The notes: generated by a model from the letters alone, not told the origin. Positions 41,591 to 56,024 are shown, numbered from the stretch's first letter. The stretch: 64,000 bases of DNA from Octopus sinensis (GCF_006345805.1 NC_043010.1:57226001-57290000); one strand, 5' to 3'. Translations and numbers: made by a program.

Positions 41591-42160
41591 TAAGTGTGAG
41601 TCAAAAAGTAATGCCATCTTGTTTAGGACAGGTATAATTACCAACGCCAGGAACATGTATCATACATCAAAATGAAGCTGGTCCTCTGTGGATCACATCC
41701 CTACTACTCAACATAGTCACCGTTTCTCTCAATAGCAATGTTCCACCTTTGAATGAGAGCATGTATCCCTGCCCCATAAAATTCTGTTGACTGTTCTTTG
41801 AGCCACTTCTTCACTACAGTTTTCCCTTCCTCATCACTGGAATAATGTTTTGCCTTTCAAACCCTCTTTCATGGGGCCAAAGAGATGATGGTCTGAAGGT
41901 GCTAAATTATTCCAGTGACGAGGAAGTGAAAACTGTAGTGAAGAAGTGGCTCAAAGAACAGACAACAGAATTTTATGGGGCAGGGATACATGCTCTCATT
42001 CGAAGGTGGAACATTGCTATTGAGAGAAATGGTGACTATGTTGAGAAGTAGGGATGTGATCCACAGAGGACCAGCTTCATTTTGATGTATGATACATGTT
42101 CCTGTGTTGGTAATTATACCTGTCCTAAACAAAATGGCATTACTTTTTGACTCACCATCG
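41591..42160. mobile_element. mariner-derived foldback made of two 3' ends
   Basis: About 255-bp inverted arms. The right arm reads YSSDEEVKTVVKKWLKEQ...IRRWNIAIERNGDYVEK* (mariner C-terminus) and the left arm carries the homologous sequence on the minus strand. Each arm ends in a gtgagtcaaaaagtaatgcc TIR. Confidence 0.9.
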
Positions 42161-42239
42161 TGTGTTGACTCACACAGAACATGAAAGGTTTCTCTCATAG
42201 ACTTCCATATAGTTTCTATCAGTCAAAAGAATTCATTGG

Positions 42240-42600
42240 ATGCAAAATAAACATACACCTGGGCAGGTGTATGTTTATTTGATCAGGCAGTGGAATCAGG
42301 AATTACCTGTTTTGGTCAAACTACTGGCAAGGCATAATTCATATCTGAGGAGAACTTGGCTGAAGTATGGTATTATATCAAACAGTTCTGTTAGATTTAG
42401 CTGTGATCCAAGTCCTTCATGCAGATTGTCCAACCACATTATTTTGGTGAAGAAGGGGCAGGAAGCTTTCTTCTTGGTGATGGCTGCAGTGAAAGAACAT
42501 AATATTGAGGGGTGGATGAGATTCAGGAAATTAGACAGGGACTTTCCCTTTGGCCAAGTGCTCATCTTTCCAAGAACCAAGTGAAGAAGAGGAATATAAT
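42240..42600 (-). pseudogene. possible decayed Penelope-like RT C-terminal fragment
   Basis: NFLNLIHPSI resembles the PLE LNsiHp.I.FT motif; otherwise heavily decayed. Confidence 0.35.
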
Positions 42601-43109
42601 AATGTAAATTTGTTGTAAGGTCAGTGAGTGGTGAGTGTGGTTGAATGGGCCTTCTCTGGTCCCCTTATTGCAGACTGGAGACAACAAATAGGGGAGGAAG
42701 CAGGTCCTTTGGCAATCAGGCTAAATCCCCAATCTGTTAGGCTTTCCTCATTCACCCTAAGTGGCCTGACCCCTTTTTTTACAAAGCAAATGCAATACAT
42801 TTAACAGGATTTATTTACATTTTTCTTCCTTAATTATACTGCAACCCCCTCCCACACCCTATTTTCTAATTTGTTTCTATGGAAACAAAATAAACTGTTA
42901 TAATTATTATTATGATTGTAAATTTTCAGAATTTAGAGTGTTTGACAAAATGCCTTGTGGTATTTCTTCCAGTTTTTAATAAACTGAATTCAAATCCATC
43001 TAAGGCCAACTTTGGCTTTCATCTTTATGGGGCCCATAAAATATATTACCAGTCAAGTACTAACCCCATTCTCCAAAATTTCAGGCCCTTGCATCTATAG
43101 TAGAAGGGA

Positions 43110-43139
43110 TTATTGCTATTACTATTATTATCATCATCA

Positions 43140-43180
<41 letters not shown>

Positions 43181-43949
43181 GATGTTGTTGTTATTATCAT
43201 TGTTATTATCATTGCCTTTGCACATCTTCTAACGCTGGAGATGTACTATGGTGTCAGCTGTTCAATGCCAGTGAACTAAATTAACACCCCTTATTTTGCG
43301 AGCACCATCCAGAGTATTCGAGCGGTTCCAAGTAGTGCTGTTTTCTGCAAGTGCTCCACCCTTATTGAAATCCCTATTTGTTCCATGTACTTCTCGAGAT
43401 TTTTACTCACTCTTTTCAGGGCTCCAACAATTATTGGTAATACTGCTACCTTTTTCATTAACCACAACTGCTTAACTTCCGAAGCTAACCTGTCATATCT
43501 ATCGACTTTTCTTTATTCCTTATTGCATACCTTGTTGTCAGCTGGGCTTGCTATATCTATGATCCAGTATAGTTTGCTTTCTTTCTCAATTAAGACTATG
43601 TCTGGTTTCCTATTCTTTATCTCATGGTCGCACTGAATCATAAAATCCCACAGGATCCTTGCATTTCTGTTTTCGACAATGTCTTCAGATTTGTGTTCAT
43701 ACCAATTTTTGCTCTGTCAAGTCCATACTTGTTGCAGAGTGTCCAATGGACAACCCTGGCTATATTGTCATAGCATCTCTTATATTCCTTCTGGGCTAGT
43801 GGTGTACATTGGCTGGTAATATGAAATACGGTTTCACTGTTTTGTCCACCGATTCTGCACTTATCACTTTCTGCTGTGTTGTCTATTCTGTATTTTATGT
43901 AGTTTGTTCTTAGTGCTTGCTCTTGGGCAGCACAGATTAGAGCCTCCAT
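43110..43949 (-). mobile_element. R4/Dong-clade LINE 3' end (zinc knuckle plus RLE endonuclease)
   Basis: AAQEQALRTN...CRIGGQNSETVFHITSQC (decayed CCHC), PDIVLIEK...IIDIA...K..RY..L (PD-(D/E)xK); (TAA)n on both sides. Confidence 0.9.
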
Positions 43950-44028
43950 TTATTATTATCATTATTATTAATAATAAACAGAGGCTCTATTATTAACCAA
44001 AATGAAGTAGATCGACAAATTTATTTTT

Positions 44029-44069
44029 TGAACCAGATGAAGACACACAAGATGTCGAAATATTGTTCA
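44029..44069 (+). ncRNA. minimal type I hammerhead ribozyme motif
   Basis: TGAAC-CAGATGA-A-GACA cacaaga TGTC-GAAA-T ATT-GTTCA. 5-bp stem I, 4-bp stem II, palindromic AATATT stem III, one core change (U4A). Confidence 0.65.
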
Positions 44070-44141
44070 CTAGATAACAATGGCACTCTTCTTTTAATTT
44101 TGACTCTATATCTTCTGGAGGAGTTACCTCAATCCTTTATA

Positions 44142-44175
<34 letters not shown>

Positions 44176-44177
44176 TA

Positions 44178-44810
44178 GAGGGTGAGCTGGCAGAGTTGTT
44201 AGCATTCTGGGCAAAATGCTTAGCTGCATTTCATCCAGCTTTACTTTCTGAGTTCCAATTCTGCTGAGGTCAGCTTTGCCTTTCATCCTTTTGGGGTCAA
44301 TGAAATAAATACCAGTTACGTACTGGGGTCAATATAATCGACTAGCCCCTGCCCCCACTACTAAAAATTTAAGGCCTTGTGCCTTTAGTAGAAAGGATTA
44401 TTATTATTCTTATTAAAGCTGCAGAAGTGGTAGAACTGTTAGCACACTGGACAAAATGCTCTTTACGTTGTGGGTTCAAACTTCACTGAGATCAGCTTTG
44501 CTCTGTGTCCTGTCAGGGTCAATAAAATAAGTACCAACTGTGCACTGGGGCCAATGCAATTGGCCTACCTCCTAAAATTGCTGGCCTTGTGCCCAGATTA
44601 GAAAGAATTATGATGAGGATTATTATTATGATTAAGGAAGCGAGCTGACAGAGCCCTTAGGGCATCAGATAAAATGCTTTGATAAGGATCTCCTTTGGTC
44701 CTTTACATTATGTGTTCAAATCCTTCCAAGGTTAACTTTGCCTTTCATTGCTTTGGGGTTGATAAAATAAAGTACCAGTCATATGCTGAGAATGATCTAA
44801 CTGACTTACC
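44178..44810 (+). mobile_element. three tandem SINE B copies separated by (TTA)n
   Basis: Repeated gagctggcaga...gagttc(a/c)aat...ctttgcctttcat...ggggtcaataaaataagtacc. Confidence 0.85.
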
Positions 44811-46603
44811 CCTTACATGTCTCTACATGTTTACAATACCCCACCATGTCTCTACATGTTTGCTATAACACCGATTATGTCTCCATGTATTTATAATAAG
44901 AGATAATCTCCATGTCACTACATGTTTACAACAGCTACTTGATATGTGGAGCCTAAGTCCACATAATTATTACAGAAATTAAACCACTTTATGTTTAGAG
45001 CTGATATTTTAAATGTACGTCAATAATGTGACTGATCCAGTTCTAACCATTGACAGTGTCAAGAACTGTCAACTGGTGCTTTGTGCATGCCACACCAAAT
45101 TGTTTGACTTTCGGAAATATTCAAACTTTTTTTTAATGGGTTTGATAGATATTCAAATGCATCAGCTGATCATACATTATTCTTGTCTTTGTTGTCACAG
45201 ACAGAAACAGTTGTGCTTATGAACTGAAAAGGTGCTCATGCTATTTGTTCTGCATCAAGTCGAAAACACTCCCTTGATATTCTTACTGTCATAAATTCAA
45301 TAAATCAATGATTGGTCCATTGGAAAACTGTAATTAAAGACACAGTTGTTTGCTAATTGAATTAGAAATTAATTAATAAATAAGCAAGTATAATGCAATG
45401 GCCTTAATCAGGAGATAAAGTGTTGCAGATTTGGAGTTTTGCTCTTTCAGGTGCAAAAACTGAAAACCATCCTTATTAATTCAAAATTTGGTCGTGTTCA
45501 AGATATGGACTTCTGGTTTGTCAATTAATGGGAATGATAAGGAAATATTACTCCAACGAACCCATACGACCATAGAAATGGTATAGAGTGAAAATCAGGA
45601 GTTATTTAAAGCAGCGAGCTGGCAGAATCGTTAGTTGGAAGCAATTATTTTAATTATTATGATTGATAAAGTGAAAGTGGTAAGCTGGTAGAAGCATTCC
45701 TGTTTTTTGTTTCTTTTTTGTCAGTTTTTACATTCTGAGTTCAAATGCACTGAAGTCGACTTTGTTTTTCATCCTTTCAGGGTTGATAAAATAAGTACCA
45801 GTTGCACACTGGGGGGGGGGGTGGATGTAATAGACTTACCCCCTTCTCCAAAATTGCTGGCATTGTGACAAATTTTGAAGCCAATTTTACAGAAGTTATA
45901 TTCTTAAAAAATATGTTGAAGCAAATTGCCCAAAAAGTTGAAAAAGTGGGTAAAAGTGCTGGAAAGATATTACAGAGGTAAGAATCTGCTTTGCAACTGC
46001 ATGGTGCTGTGTTCAATCCTACAGCTTGCTACTTTGGGTAAGTGTTTCCTCTCATAGCTTTAGGTTGACCAATAACTTGAAACTGGAATCTGTTGGCTGG
46101 AAACTGTGGAACTCCACTGTGTGTGTCATGTGTGTTATTTCAATGATGTATATTGGCAAAGAATTTAAACATTAGCAAGAAAAATGAAAATCTCTTGTTT
46201 CTTGAATAAAGACCCTTGAAATACTTGTTTTATGGCGAGTGAGAGACACTCCCTTGTCACTGTGACAGGCAGAAAAACAGTGAACCATTGATTGATCCAT
46301 TAGAAACCTGTACCCAATAATGCTGTTGTTGGCAAATTGCAATATAAAATAAATAAATTAACTGAATCCAAATCGTCGAAGAAAAATGTTGTCTACTGTG
46401 GATCCCTGACAGGGAATTAGTTATTGGCCGTTGTTGGGTTGGTTGCAGACGAAATTGGAATCTGTTTTGTCTGTGAGCATATTTTAGGATATTAAACTAT
46501 GATTATCAATTGTCAAGTGCTGTTTTTTGGGTAACAGCCCCTCTCTCTCTTTCTCACAAACACACACATATACACATATACACATGTACACATACACACA
46601 CAA

Positions 46604-46640
<37 letters not shown>

Positions 46641-46708
46641 TATACATTTATATACTTACTTTTTCTATTTACATTGGTTTGCCTACATAGTTTTCCTCAT
46701 CTATTGGC

Positions 46709-46739
<31 letters not shown>

Positions 46740-47319
46740 ACCTGTCACCATACCTAGCTAGTTACCTGCCTATTCACTTTACCTACCTACCTAAGTATCT
46801 ATGTACTTCTTTCTATTTCTCTCTCAATCTATTTACCTACCAATATTCTTTTCTCTCTCACTCTCTCTCTGTCTGTCTGTCTGTCTCTCTCTCTCTCCCT
46901 GTCTATTTAGTGTGTTAAATAACATAGATTGTAATATTTCTACTTTATTATAAACATGTCAACTCTAAGTTGTACAATATTGTCCCTGCCCCCCATCTCA
47001 CTTCACCCCCCCACCCAATTTCTCCCATAAATCTTTTGGTATTATTAATATGTAATTTCACATGTCAAAGAATATATTCGTCTAACTCATAAAAATATAT
47101 TCAGGATGATGAATCTTTTGATGGAATGGATATAATTGCAAAGAACATGTTGCCTCCCCCCCCCTTAGTTCTCCTCACCCCACCCCCCACTGCTGCTATC
47201 TTTCACATAATTTACTGAAATGCTTTTACAATGTTTTAGGCATTTTGATTTATGGAAACCCATTAATTCAAATATTTCCTGAGCTATGGACCAAAAATGA
47301 AAATGGCTGTAAAACAGAA

Positions 47320-48098
<779 letters not shown>

Positions 48099-49124
48099 CT
48101 AGAATCAAAGCAAAAATCTCAACAGAAGCAAAATATCTGAACACTAAACTGAAATACTTGTTTAAGATAAACAATCTGCTGCTTCTTTTAGCGTTGATTT
48201 AGATGAAGAGATTGTGAGGAGCATTAAATTAACTCTTGCTATTTCACTCAACTTTCCCATGCTGACAGACTCAATCTTTACCAGAATTTTTACTTGTCAA
48301 AACGGTAATGCCACTGCTTCATGCTTTGTTTGTTATTTCTTCCCAATTTACATCAGACTTCACGATTAAAATAACAAATAAATAAAGCAATGAAAATAAC
48401 AAATTACAAAAAAGAAAGTCAAAGCATCAAAAAATATCAAAAAACGTCATTCATTGATAAAAAAATTTCATCAATTAATTTTAACAGTTTTCTTCCCTCC
48501 ACCCTTGTTAATAAGGGTGGATGGATGGTAAACCACTGAAGTGATATTTTGATTCTAATATCATTTATTTCTGATAAAGATTGTTCAATGTTCCATGCTA
48601 GTAGTTTAACCTTCGTATGAAAAGACAAGCATGGAAGATAGAGTTAACCTTTCTCTTTATTTTTACTGTGACTCTACAAAGACATGGATCAGCCCATAGC
48701 TTATATAGATCCCATCAATAAAAATGGTGAAAGGTTTAGAAATGGCAACAGCCATCACATTTCAGAAGTGGCAGACACTCTTTCACATCCTCTTCATAGA
48801 TTCTATTTTGTCACCTCTTTCTTTACATTAATCTCACAGAAGTTATGAGCCTCATATACACCCACTTTCATAACAGATATAAACCACATAACCACTCACT
48901 TTCTCACCTGTAATCAAAAGATCATGCCCCACCCCACCAAATTAAACTGCGCTTCTCATTTGGATCCTTCTCACCTAAGGCAACATGGCTACCTGATCTT
49001 TATCTTTTCTTCAGGTACAATTTATATTTTGCCAATATTCTATACTCCTTTTAGTTCAAACACGATTATTTCCCCTTAATTTTGGGTTATTTATTTATGT
49101 TTTAACGAAGGTATTTGTGTATAT

Positions 49125-49354
49125 ATTTCTTTACTACCCACAAGGGGCTAAACACAGAGGGGACAAATAAGGACAGACAAACGGATTAAGTCGATTATAT
49201 CGACTCCAGTGCGTAACTGGTACTTTATTTATCGACCCCGAAAGGATGAAAGGCAAAGTCGACCTCGACGGAATTTGAACTCAGAACGTAACGGCAGACG
49301 AAATACGTCTATGCATTTCACCTGGCGTGCTAACATTTCTGCCACCTCGCCGCC
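49125..49354 (-). mobile_element. tRNA-derived SINE family B, full length
   Basis: Minus head GGCGGCGAGGTGGCAGAAATGTTAG...GAGTTCAAATTCC (Pol III boxes); CpGs are well preserved. Confidence 0.9.
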
Positions 49355-49981
49355 TTTAACGAAGCTATTTTTGTATAGAATTACCAGAGGCACTTCAATA
49401 CGATGGGCAATAATTGAGCAGAAAATGGTAAAATAGAAGTAAAACACTTAAAGAAATATATTTCGTTTAATTCTTCGTGTGTAATGGAAGGACTTTTAGC
49501 CTTAAGCCTGCAAACAATGTGTGTGATTAAAGAAAAATGTATTTGAAAGTAACTTTATCATAAGTTGGAGAGGAACTAGTTTGCATTAGGGGTGATGGTC
49601 GTGTTGGGGCAATGGAGAAGAAATTTGCTGGGATTAATTTATTGGAGGAAGTCAGTTCACAAAAAGGAGACAGTGTATATCAGAAGGTAAAGAGTTCAAA
49701 TATTTGTCGGACTGATGGTTAGCTGTAGAACTGGTTGATCTATCAGGTAGGAGTAACACGCATGAGATTCTTCCAATTTCTGGATCTGTTGTTGCAGTTT
49801 CTTTATAAGAATTTAGTGTTCACATCTGGGCACTGTTTTCTGTCGAGCTTTGGTGATAAACTGTATTCAATGTTTTCCAGGGCTGAAACGAAAAAAAAAC
49901 AACAAAAATTTTAAGTTTTGAATATGTTACAAATTAGAATGGAAACTAAAAAATGCAATTTATTATTATTATTATTTCATA

Positions 49982-50394
49982 GGCGCAGGATTTGGCTGTG
50001 TGGTAAGTAGCTTGCTTACCAACCATATGGTTCCGGGTTCAGTCCCACTGCATGGCATCTTGGGCAAGTGTCTTCTACTATAGCCTTGGGCCAACCAAAG
50101 CCTTGTGACTGGATTTGGTAGACAGAAACTGAAAGAAGCCTGTCGTATATATATATGTATATATATATATATGCATATATATATGCATATGTTTGTGTGT
50201 CTGTGTTTGTCCCCCCACCATCGCTCGACAACCAATGCTGGTGTGTTTATGTCCCCATAACTTAGCAATTCAGCAAAAGAGACTGATAGAATAAGTACTA
50301 GGCTTACAAAGAATAAGTCCTGGGGTTGATTTGTTCGACTAAAGGTGGTGCTCCAACATGGTCGCAGTCAAATGAATAAAAGAATAAAAGAATA
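49982..50394 (+). mobile_element. tRNA-derived SINE family A, full length
   Basis: ggcgcaggatttggctgtgtggtaag...ggttcagtccc...cttgggcaagtg...(gaataaaa) tail. Confidence 0.9.
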
Positions 50395-50399
50395 TGCAC

Positions 50400-50575
50400 G
50401 ATTGATTAGACTGTTGGTAAAGAAGAATTCCTGACATTGGGCTACAACAAGGAACCTTAGATGCCAAGAACCCTCCAAAGTACCCTAGCTGTCCCCAATA
50501 ACACTGTTTTCTGGAGCTGCACTAAACTAGGTTTTATGCCTATTTCCTCAATCCATCTTTTCAAATCTTTAGGGA
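50400..50575 (-). mobile_element. R4/Dong-like LINE extreme 3' fragment
   Basis: Minus translation LVQLQKTVLLGTARVLWRVLGI*. Confidence 0.7.
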
Positions 50576-50734
50576 CAAAAAAACAAAAAAAGCAACAACC
50601 TATCCCTGTAGTTAAAGGGGCATTAAGAACTGTCCCTGTTATTATGCTTCTTTTTAACTCAGGTTTTCTTGGAACTCCTGGAGTCCTGCATGCAGCCTAC
50701 ACTACCATGCTGTCCTTTTCAATTATCTAATACC

Positions 50735-51085
50735 CTCCTCCTCCTCCCCTTCTTCTTCTTCTTCTTCTTCTTCTTCTGCTTCTTCTTCTTCTTCTTCTTC
50801 TTCTTCTTCTTCTTCTTCTTCTCTTCTTCTTCTTCTTCGTCGTCTTCTTCTTCTTCTTCTCTTCTTCTTCTTCTTCTTCTTCTTCTTCTTCTTCTTTATC
50901 ACAGGTTTTGTCGGCTATCCTAATACTTTCCTGATTCTTCTGGTTGTGCCAAGGAGGCAAATCTTTTGTCACAGTTCCACAGGGCACTCTATTCCAATTT
51001 CCTTTATATTCCTCTTGATGCCCTCTGATACTGTTCCCAAGGACCCAGAAATAATCGGCACTATCTTCACCTTCTTCATTTTCCA
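50735..51085 (-). mobile_element. R4/Dong-like LINE extreme 3' fragment with (GAA)n tail
   Basis: Minus translation VKIVPIISGSLGTV...QKICLLGTTRRIRKVLG*, followed by about 150 bp of (GAA)n. Confidence 0.75.
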
Positions 51086-53526
51086 TAGCTGGGCTATTTC
51101 ATAATTAACAGGGTTGTATTTATCTATTTATCTATCTTTTTGCCTTTTTGATTATTTGTGAGTCAAAGGGACATTATTATATTATTATTATTTTTTTTTT
51201 TCAGAGGACTTCTGGGCCTGGTACTACCATGGACAACTTCCAGAAATCCCTGGCCAGGCAGTGCTACTGAGGAGTACAACCAGCTTGAAATAAATTCTAC
51301 AGACATGGAAGCGCTGTCAAGTGGAGCTGTCTGAGATATGCACAGAGCAACAAAACCATTCTGCATGCACTCGTGCAGTGTCCAAGTATTACTGACTTGT
51401 GGAGTTACATTAAAACAACTGCTACTGTGTGGGGGATGAATGTAACTATCAGCCAAATCCACTGAGAGGATCATCCCACCATCTGTTTATTAATTATAAT
51501 TTAATATAATTTATTTATTATAATTTATTTATTATAATCTTTATTTAATATTTATTATAATTTATTTCTTAAAGCATTATTCTCATCAATAATGCTTAAA
51601 TGAATAAATTTTTGAAGATGTCTAATTCTCCCTTCATCTTTGTGATGTCCTGATTCTGTTACTCTGTATGCTGAATGAAACCCAGTGAAGGGAACAAAGG
51701 ATTTACTTATTGAGTGAAAGAGAGTTCAATTCTTTATCCTAAACAATTCTGAATGTTCCCTGTCTTTCAATGTGGTTAGCCAGAACTGGATTGTATCAGA
51801 GTGCCAATAAGGAACATGCACGGATTCCACACACACATGCTCACAGCAGGTTTCATGCATTTCCTGTTTGCCAAATTCAATTCCAAGGTTTTTCTTCTCA
51901 GCCTGGTGCTACAACAGAAAACACTTGCCTAAGGCACTGTCCAGTGGCATTGAACCCCAAACCCCAAGGCTAACAAGTGAATTTCCTTCACCACACACCC
52001 ATCTGTTGGTATGAGTGTGTGCTTCAATGTATTAACCAATTAGTAAATTTCATTGAATCGATAAATCTGCGTTTAGCATTCCTCTTATTTGTTCCTGCTG
52101 TTCTTTGCGTTTTGCAGTGTCTTTTAAGACGTTTATGTTGTTAGTTATTGCTTCTGAATGACTACAAATCATCGTTGGGACTGTGAACTTGTATTACAAT
52201 ATAGATTACAGCAATGGTAGTATCCACTTTATAACAAAAGAGAGAGTGAGAGAGAGAGAGGTGCTTTAACATGGTTGAACAACCAGTCCCAACCAGCTGG
52301 GATTCACTGTACAGGTCATACGATTCATCCGTTTTCATCACTGGAATACAAAATATAGTGCACAGAACCCCTGTTCAGGGGATTCTCTTCAGTCACCACC
52401 ATCTCACCCTTGTCTGCCAATTTGTCAGGAGGTGACTCATTTACAGCTGAGTGGACTGGGGCAATTCAAAACGAAGTGTTTTGCTCAAGAACACTAAGCA
52501 TAAGTGGTCTGGGAATTGAAACCATGCTCTTTCGATTATGAGTGCAACACCTTAACCCCTTGGCCATGCACCTTTGCTTGTGTAACAGACACAGGAGAAA
52601 AGAATTACGTCTGTTTAGTAAGGAAAATATATATATATATATACATAACACATCTATACGTACATACATATGTATGTATGTATGTATGCAATAAAAATAA
52701 AACAAGAAACAAGGATGGAGTTGGTCTGGAGCCAAAAATAGCAGAGATTATCTGTGTATGGAGTTCTTGGAAGTGTAGAGGAATGGTAATGCTATTTTGA
52801 AAGATAGAATTTGTAAAAAAAAATTAGTTTGAATACAAATAGGTGTTTTATTTTGAAATAATCATTAAAAGTAAATAAAATAAACTTAAAGATGAAAATG
52901 GCTGGTATAGAAGAGAGACATAAATCTTGCTTGAGTTTGAGAGGTGGGGCAGGAAGGAATGAAGGTTGTTTGAGGATTTGGGGAGGAAGTTTAGAGTTTT
53001 AACATGGATATTGAATAATTGAAGCATAAAAAAAGTGGCAAGTAAAGGATCAGAAAAATGAGAAAAAACAAATAGAAGGAAAAAATATGATCGAATGGAA
53101 AAACACAGTGAAACATTAAATACAGAATAATGACTGAAATATGAAGCAAGATTAGTAAATAAATAAATTATAATTATGTTAATTAGTGATAAATAAAATA
53201 GTTTAATTTAATAATAGTCCAGTGTTTAGGGGAAGATGGAGATAAAGAAATAACTGATTAAAGTTGTTTAAATTATTAAAGTGATTAAGTTGGCAGGATC
53301 GTTAGCTCTCTGGATCAACTGCTTTGTGGCATTTTGTCTGTAATCACATGGTGAGTTCAAATTCCATCGAGGTCCAATTCGCTTTTCATCGTTTTGGAGC
53401 TGATAAAATAAGTACAGGGGTCAATGTAATCAATTAACCTCCTCTCCTGAAGTTGCTGGCCTTGTGCCAAAATTTCGAAATCAAATTATTAAAAGGATTA
53501 AGATAATTAAGATGAAAAAAGTGAAT

Positions 53527-54506
53527 TGTAGCGTAGCTCAGTGATATCCTCACTGTTTGAGAGAGATCATAGAAATGATGTCGTGGCAGATAGCAGCCAT
53601 TCTTTGGTGACTTGGGACCGGTTGTGTCTGCTGCCCTGATTGGTTGGTTTTGGTACAGTTTTATTTCGTGCCAGTGTGTAAACCAACCAATCACGACCTT
53701 CAGATAGGGTCCTGTGACGCAGTCTTTTGGATTTTCTCTGGAGCCTACCTTTTGCTTTAAAAGGCTTCAGCAATTCACTATATCTCGTCTTTGGTCCTCG
53801 ACCATTGATTACAACCAGACCAGCCGGTTCCTGCGACTCAGCCATGTTCCTGTGATGACACCAACACCAACATGCAGCAACTCAGGACTTTTCTTCACTG
53901 TCGCCATCACCATCGTCGACTTCACTTTGATGCCGTCATTACCACCATCGCCTTAGCTTATCGACATCACCAACATGTCTACGTACACACCAACACCAAC
54001 ATCGTTCCAGGTTTAACTTCATGCTGTTGTGAATATTCACCAAGGTTAAGAGCTCAGCTCTACCTGTGAGATCTTCTGTACCAAAGTAACCTGGCAACGG
54101 ATTGAAGTCACAACCTCTACACACGTAGTAACTGTTCTCCACTTTGCCACCAACTTCATTGAGACAGAACTAACTGCTATGGTGTGACTTACACGGAACT
54201 GGTATTTATCAACATCTTGTCATTTGTATCCTGAGTGACTCATTTTCTATTTGTTCTTTATTGTTCTGTACATACTCATGAACACACAGACACAAACACT
54301 TGTTGCACGCAGTCATGAATACAGACACACTCTTATCATGTGCACATTCTGTAAATAAAGTCTTCTTCTCTCAAACAGTTAACGGTTGTGCTGTCCTCCT
54401 TATTCTTTTTAGCACTTATTTTGGTTTCTTCTTTGTAGGGCGACCATGCAGCATTTAAAAGGAGACATTTCTGTCACTATCTCCTTTACGTACGGCTGTC
54501 ACTACA
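53527..54506. mobile_element. probable solo LTR
   Basis: Termini TGTAGCG...CACTACA; internal AATAAA at about 54354; GC-richer than the flanks. No matching TSD was seen. Confidence 0.45.
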
Positions 54507-54929
54507 CATCCACCGCATTACTGTCTTCCTTGGAATCAACCAAAGTTCTTCTTTTATTACTGACCATTTTGTGGTCACTGATACATTGGAGGAACCAGAA
54601 AGTGTTGTGTTGTTTCACAGACTGTTCTGGAGATTGGATCAACAGGAACCCTTGTTGTCGTAACTGATGGAAAGCTAGCTGATATTTATATGCGTGTATG
54701 TATGTATGTATGTATGTATGTGTATATATATGTATGCATGTGTGTGCGTGTGTGTATGGCATTATTAAGTATTATTTCAAGATTTCTTGCCAACAGAGTT
54801 GATTTCTAACCTGAAGCCAAGGCTCCTTCCTCGGAATTTCAACATCAACAACAGGGTATGGATATATGTATGTGTGCAGATTTATATGTTTTGTGTATGT
54901 ATGTATATATTCTCATGCATATAGTTACA

Positions 54930-55190
54930 TATCTAGACATGCTCATATATATTTAAATGATAAACTTCTGGAAAGTTTTACAGATTTTTACAGTTCCAGT
55001 GATGAATTGGATCTGTAGTTTCCTTTCTGGTTTTGAGAAGTCTAATTTCTCAATATTGGTATTTTGGCAGTGTGTTACATATCTCAGGACCCCGATAATT
55101 ACAGGTATAAACCTGAACTAGTAATCTGGATAGAGTAACTGCAGATTCCTCGGTAGTTCAGCATAGGTGTTCTCTTTTTATACTAATCTT
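54930..55190 (-). mobile_element. possible LINE 3' fragment
   Basis: Minus translation LQIQFITGTVKICKTFQKF resembles the C-termini of RLE-type LINEs. Confidence 0.3.
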
Positions 55191-55237
55191 CTGTATGTAT
55201 GTATGTGTGTATGTATGTGCATGATTGTGTGTGTTTG

Positions 55238-55288
<51 letters not shown>

Positions 55289-55631
55289 TGTTGATTACAA
55301 ATGGTTTGTTGTTTGTTTATGGCAGTAATGTTGGCATCTAACCACTGGAACCTCTGAAATGGTAATCCATCTCAGTATTTTACGTACAGAACTGAATTCC
55401 TGCCCCAGATTGTTTCACTAACATCGATTTTCCTTCCCACCCCTTTGCCCTCCACCCCCATTTGCTATTTTCCACAGTTCAAACACCAGATCAATACAAA
55501 CAGAAGATCAATAAATTTAATCTCTGTTCCATAATGTTCCTCCTTCAAGCGACATTTCCGATTTTATTGTTTGGTTTGTTTGTTTTCTTGGGTTAATTTC
55601 TTGCTGGACACTTACAGAGGTAACCACATAC

Positions 55632-55755
55632 CCCACCACCACCACCACCACCACCACCACCACTGCCGCCACCACCGCCGCCACCGCTGCCACCACCATC
55701 ACCACCACCACCATCACCACCACTACCACCACCACCATCACTGCTGCTGCTGCTG

Positions 55756-55804
<49 letters not shown>

Positions 55805-55876
55805 CACCACCACCTCCACCACCACCACCACCACCACTGCCACCACCACCACCACCACCGCCACCACCACTACCAC
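55632..55876. repeat. (CAC)n/(TAC)n/(TGC)n compound trinucleotide repeat
   Basis: Direct inspection of the sequence. Confidence 0.95.
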
Positions 55877-56024
55877 TGGTCTTAGTCACCATTTCAGCTG
55901 TGATTTTAGTCAGCATCGCACCACTTTATGGCTGGTGTTGCCAACTTCATGACAAATGTGCATTTAATATGCATGCGCATATGCATATACACTTACATGT
56001 TCATAGATAGATGCGTGCACACCA

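Noticed and set aside
45013-45222. ORF with a faint TBCC/CAP beta-helix look (LTIDSVKNCQLVL)
   Set aside because: Too short, no clear splice sites, and no further motif support.
49982-50055. tRNA gene
   Set aside because: The A/B boxes belong to a multicopy SINE head and there is no complete cloverleaf.
55517-55916. poly-His/Gly/Val ORFs
   Set aside because: This is a trinucleotide repeat with no domain or supporting splice context.
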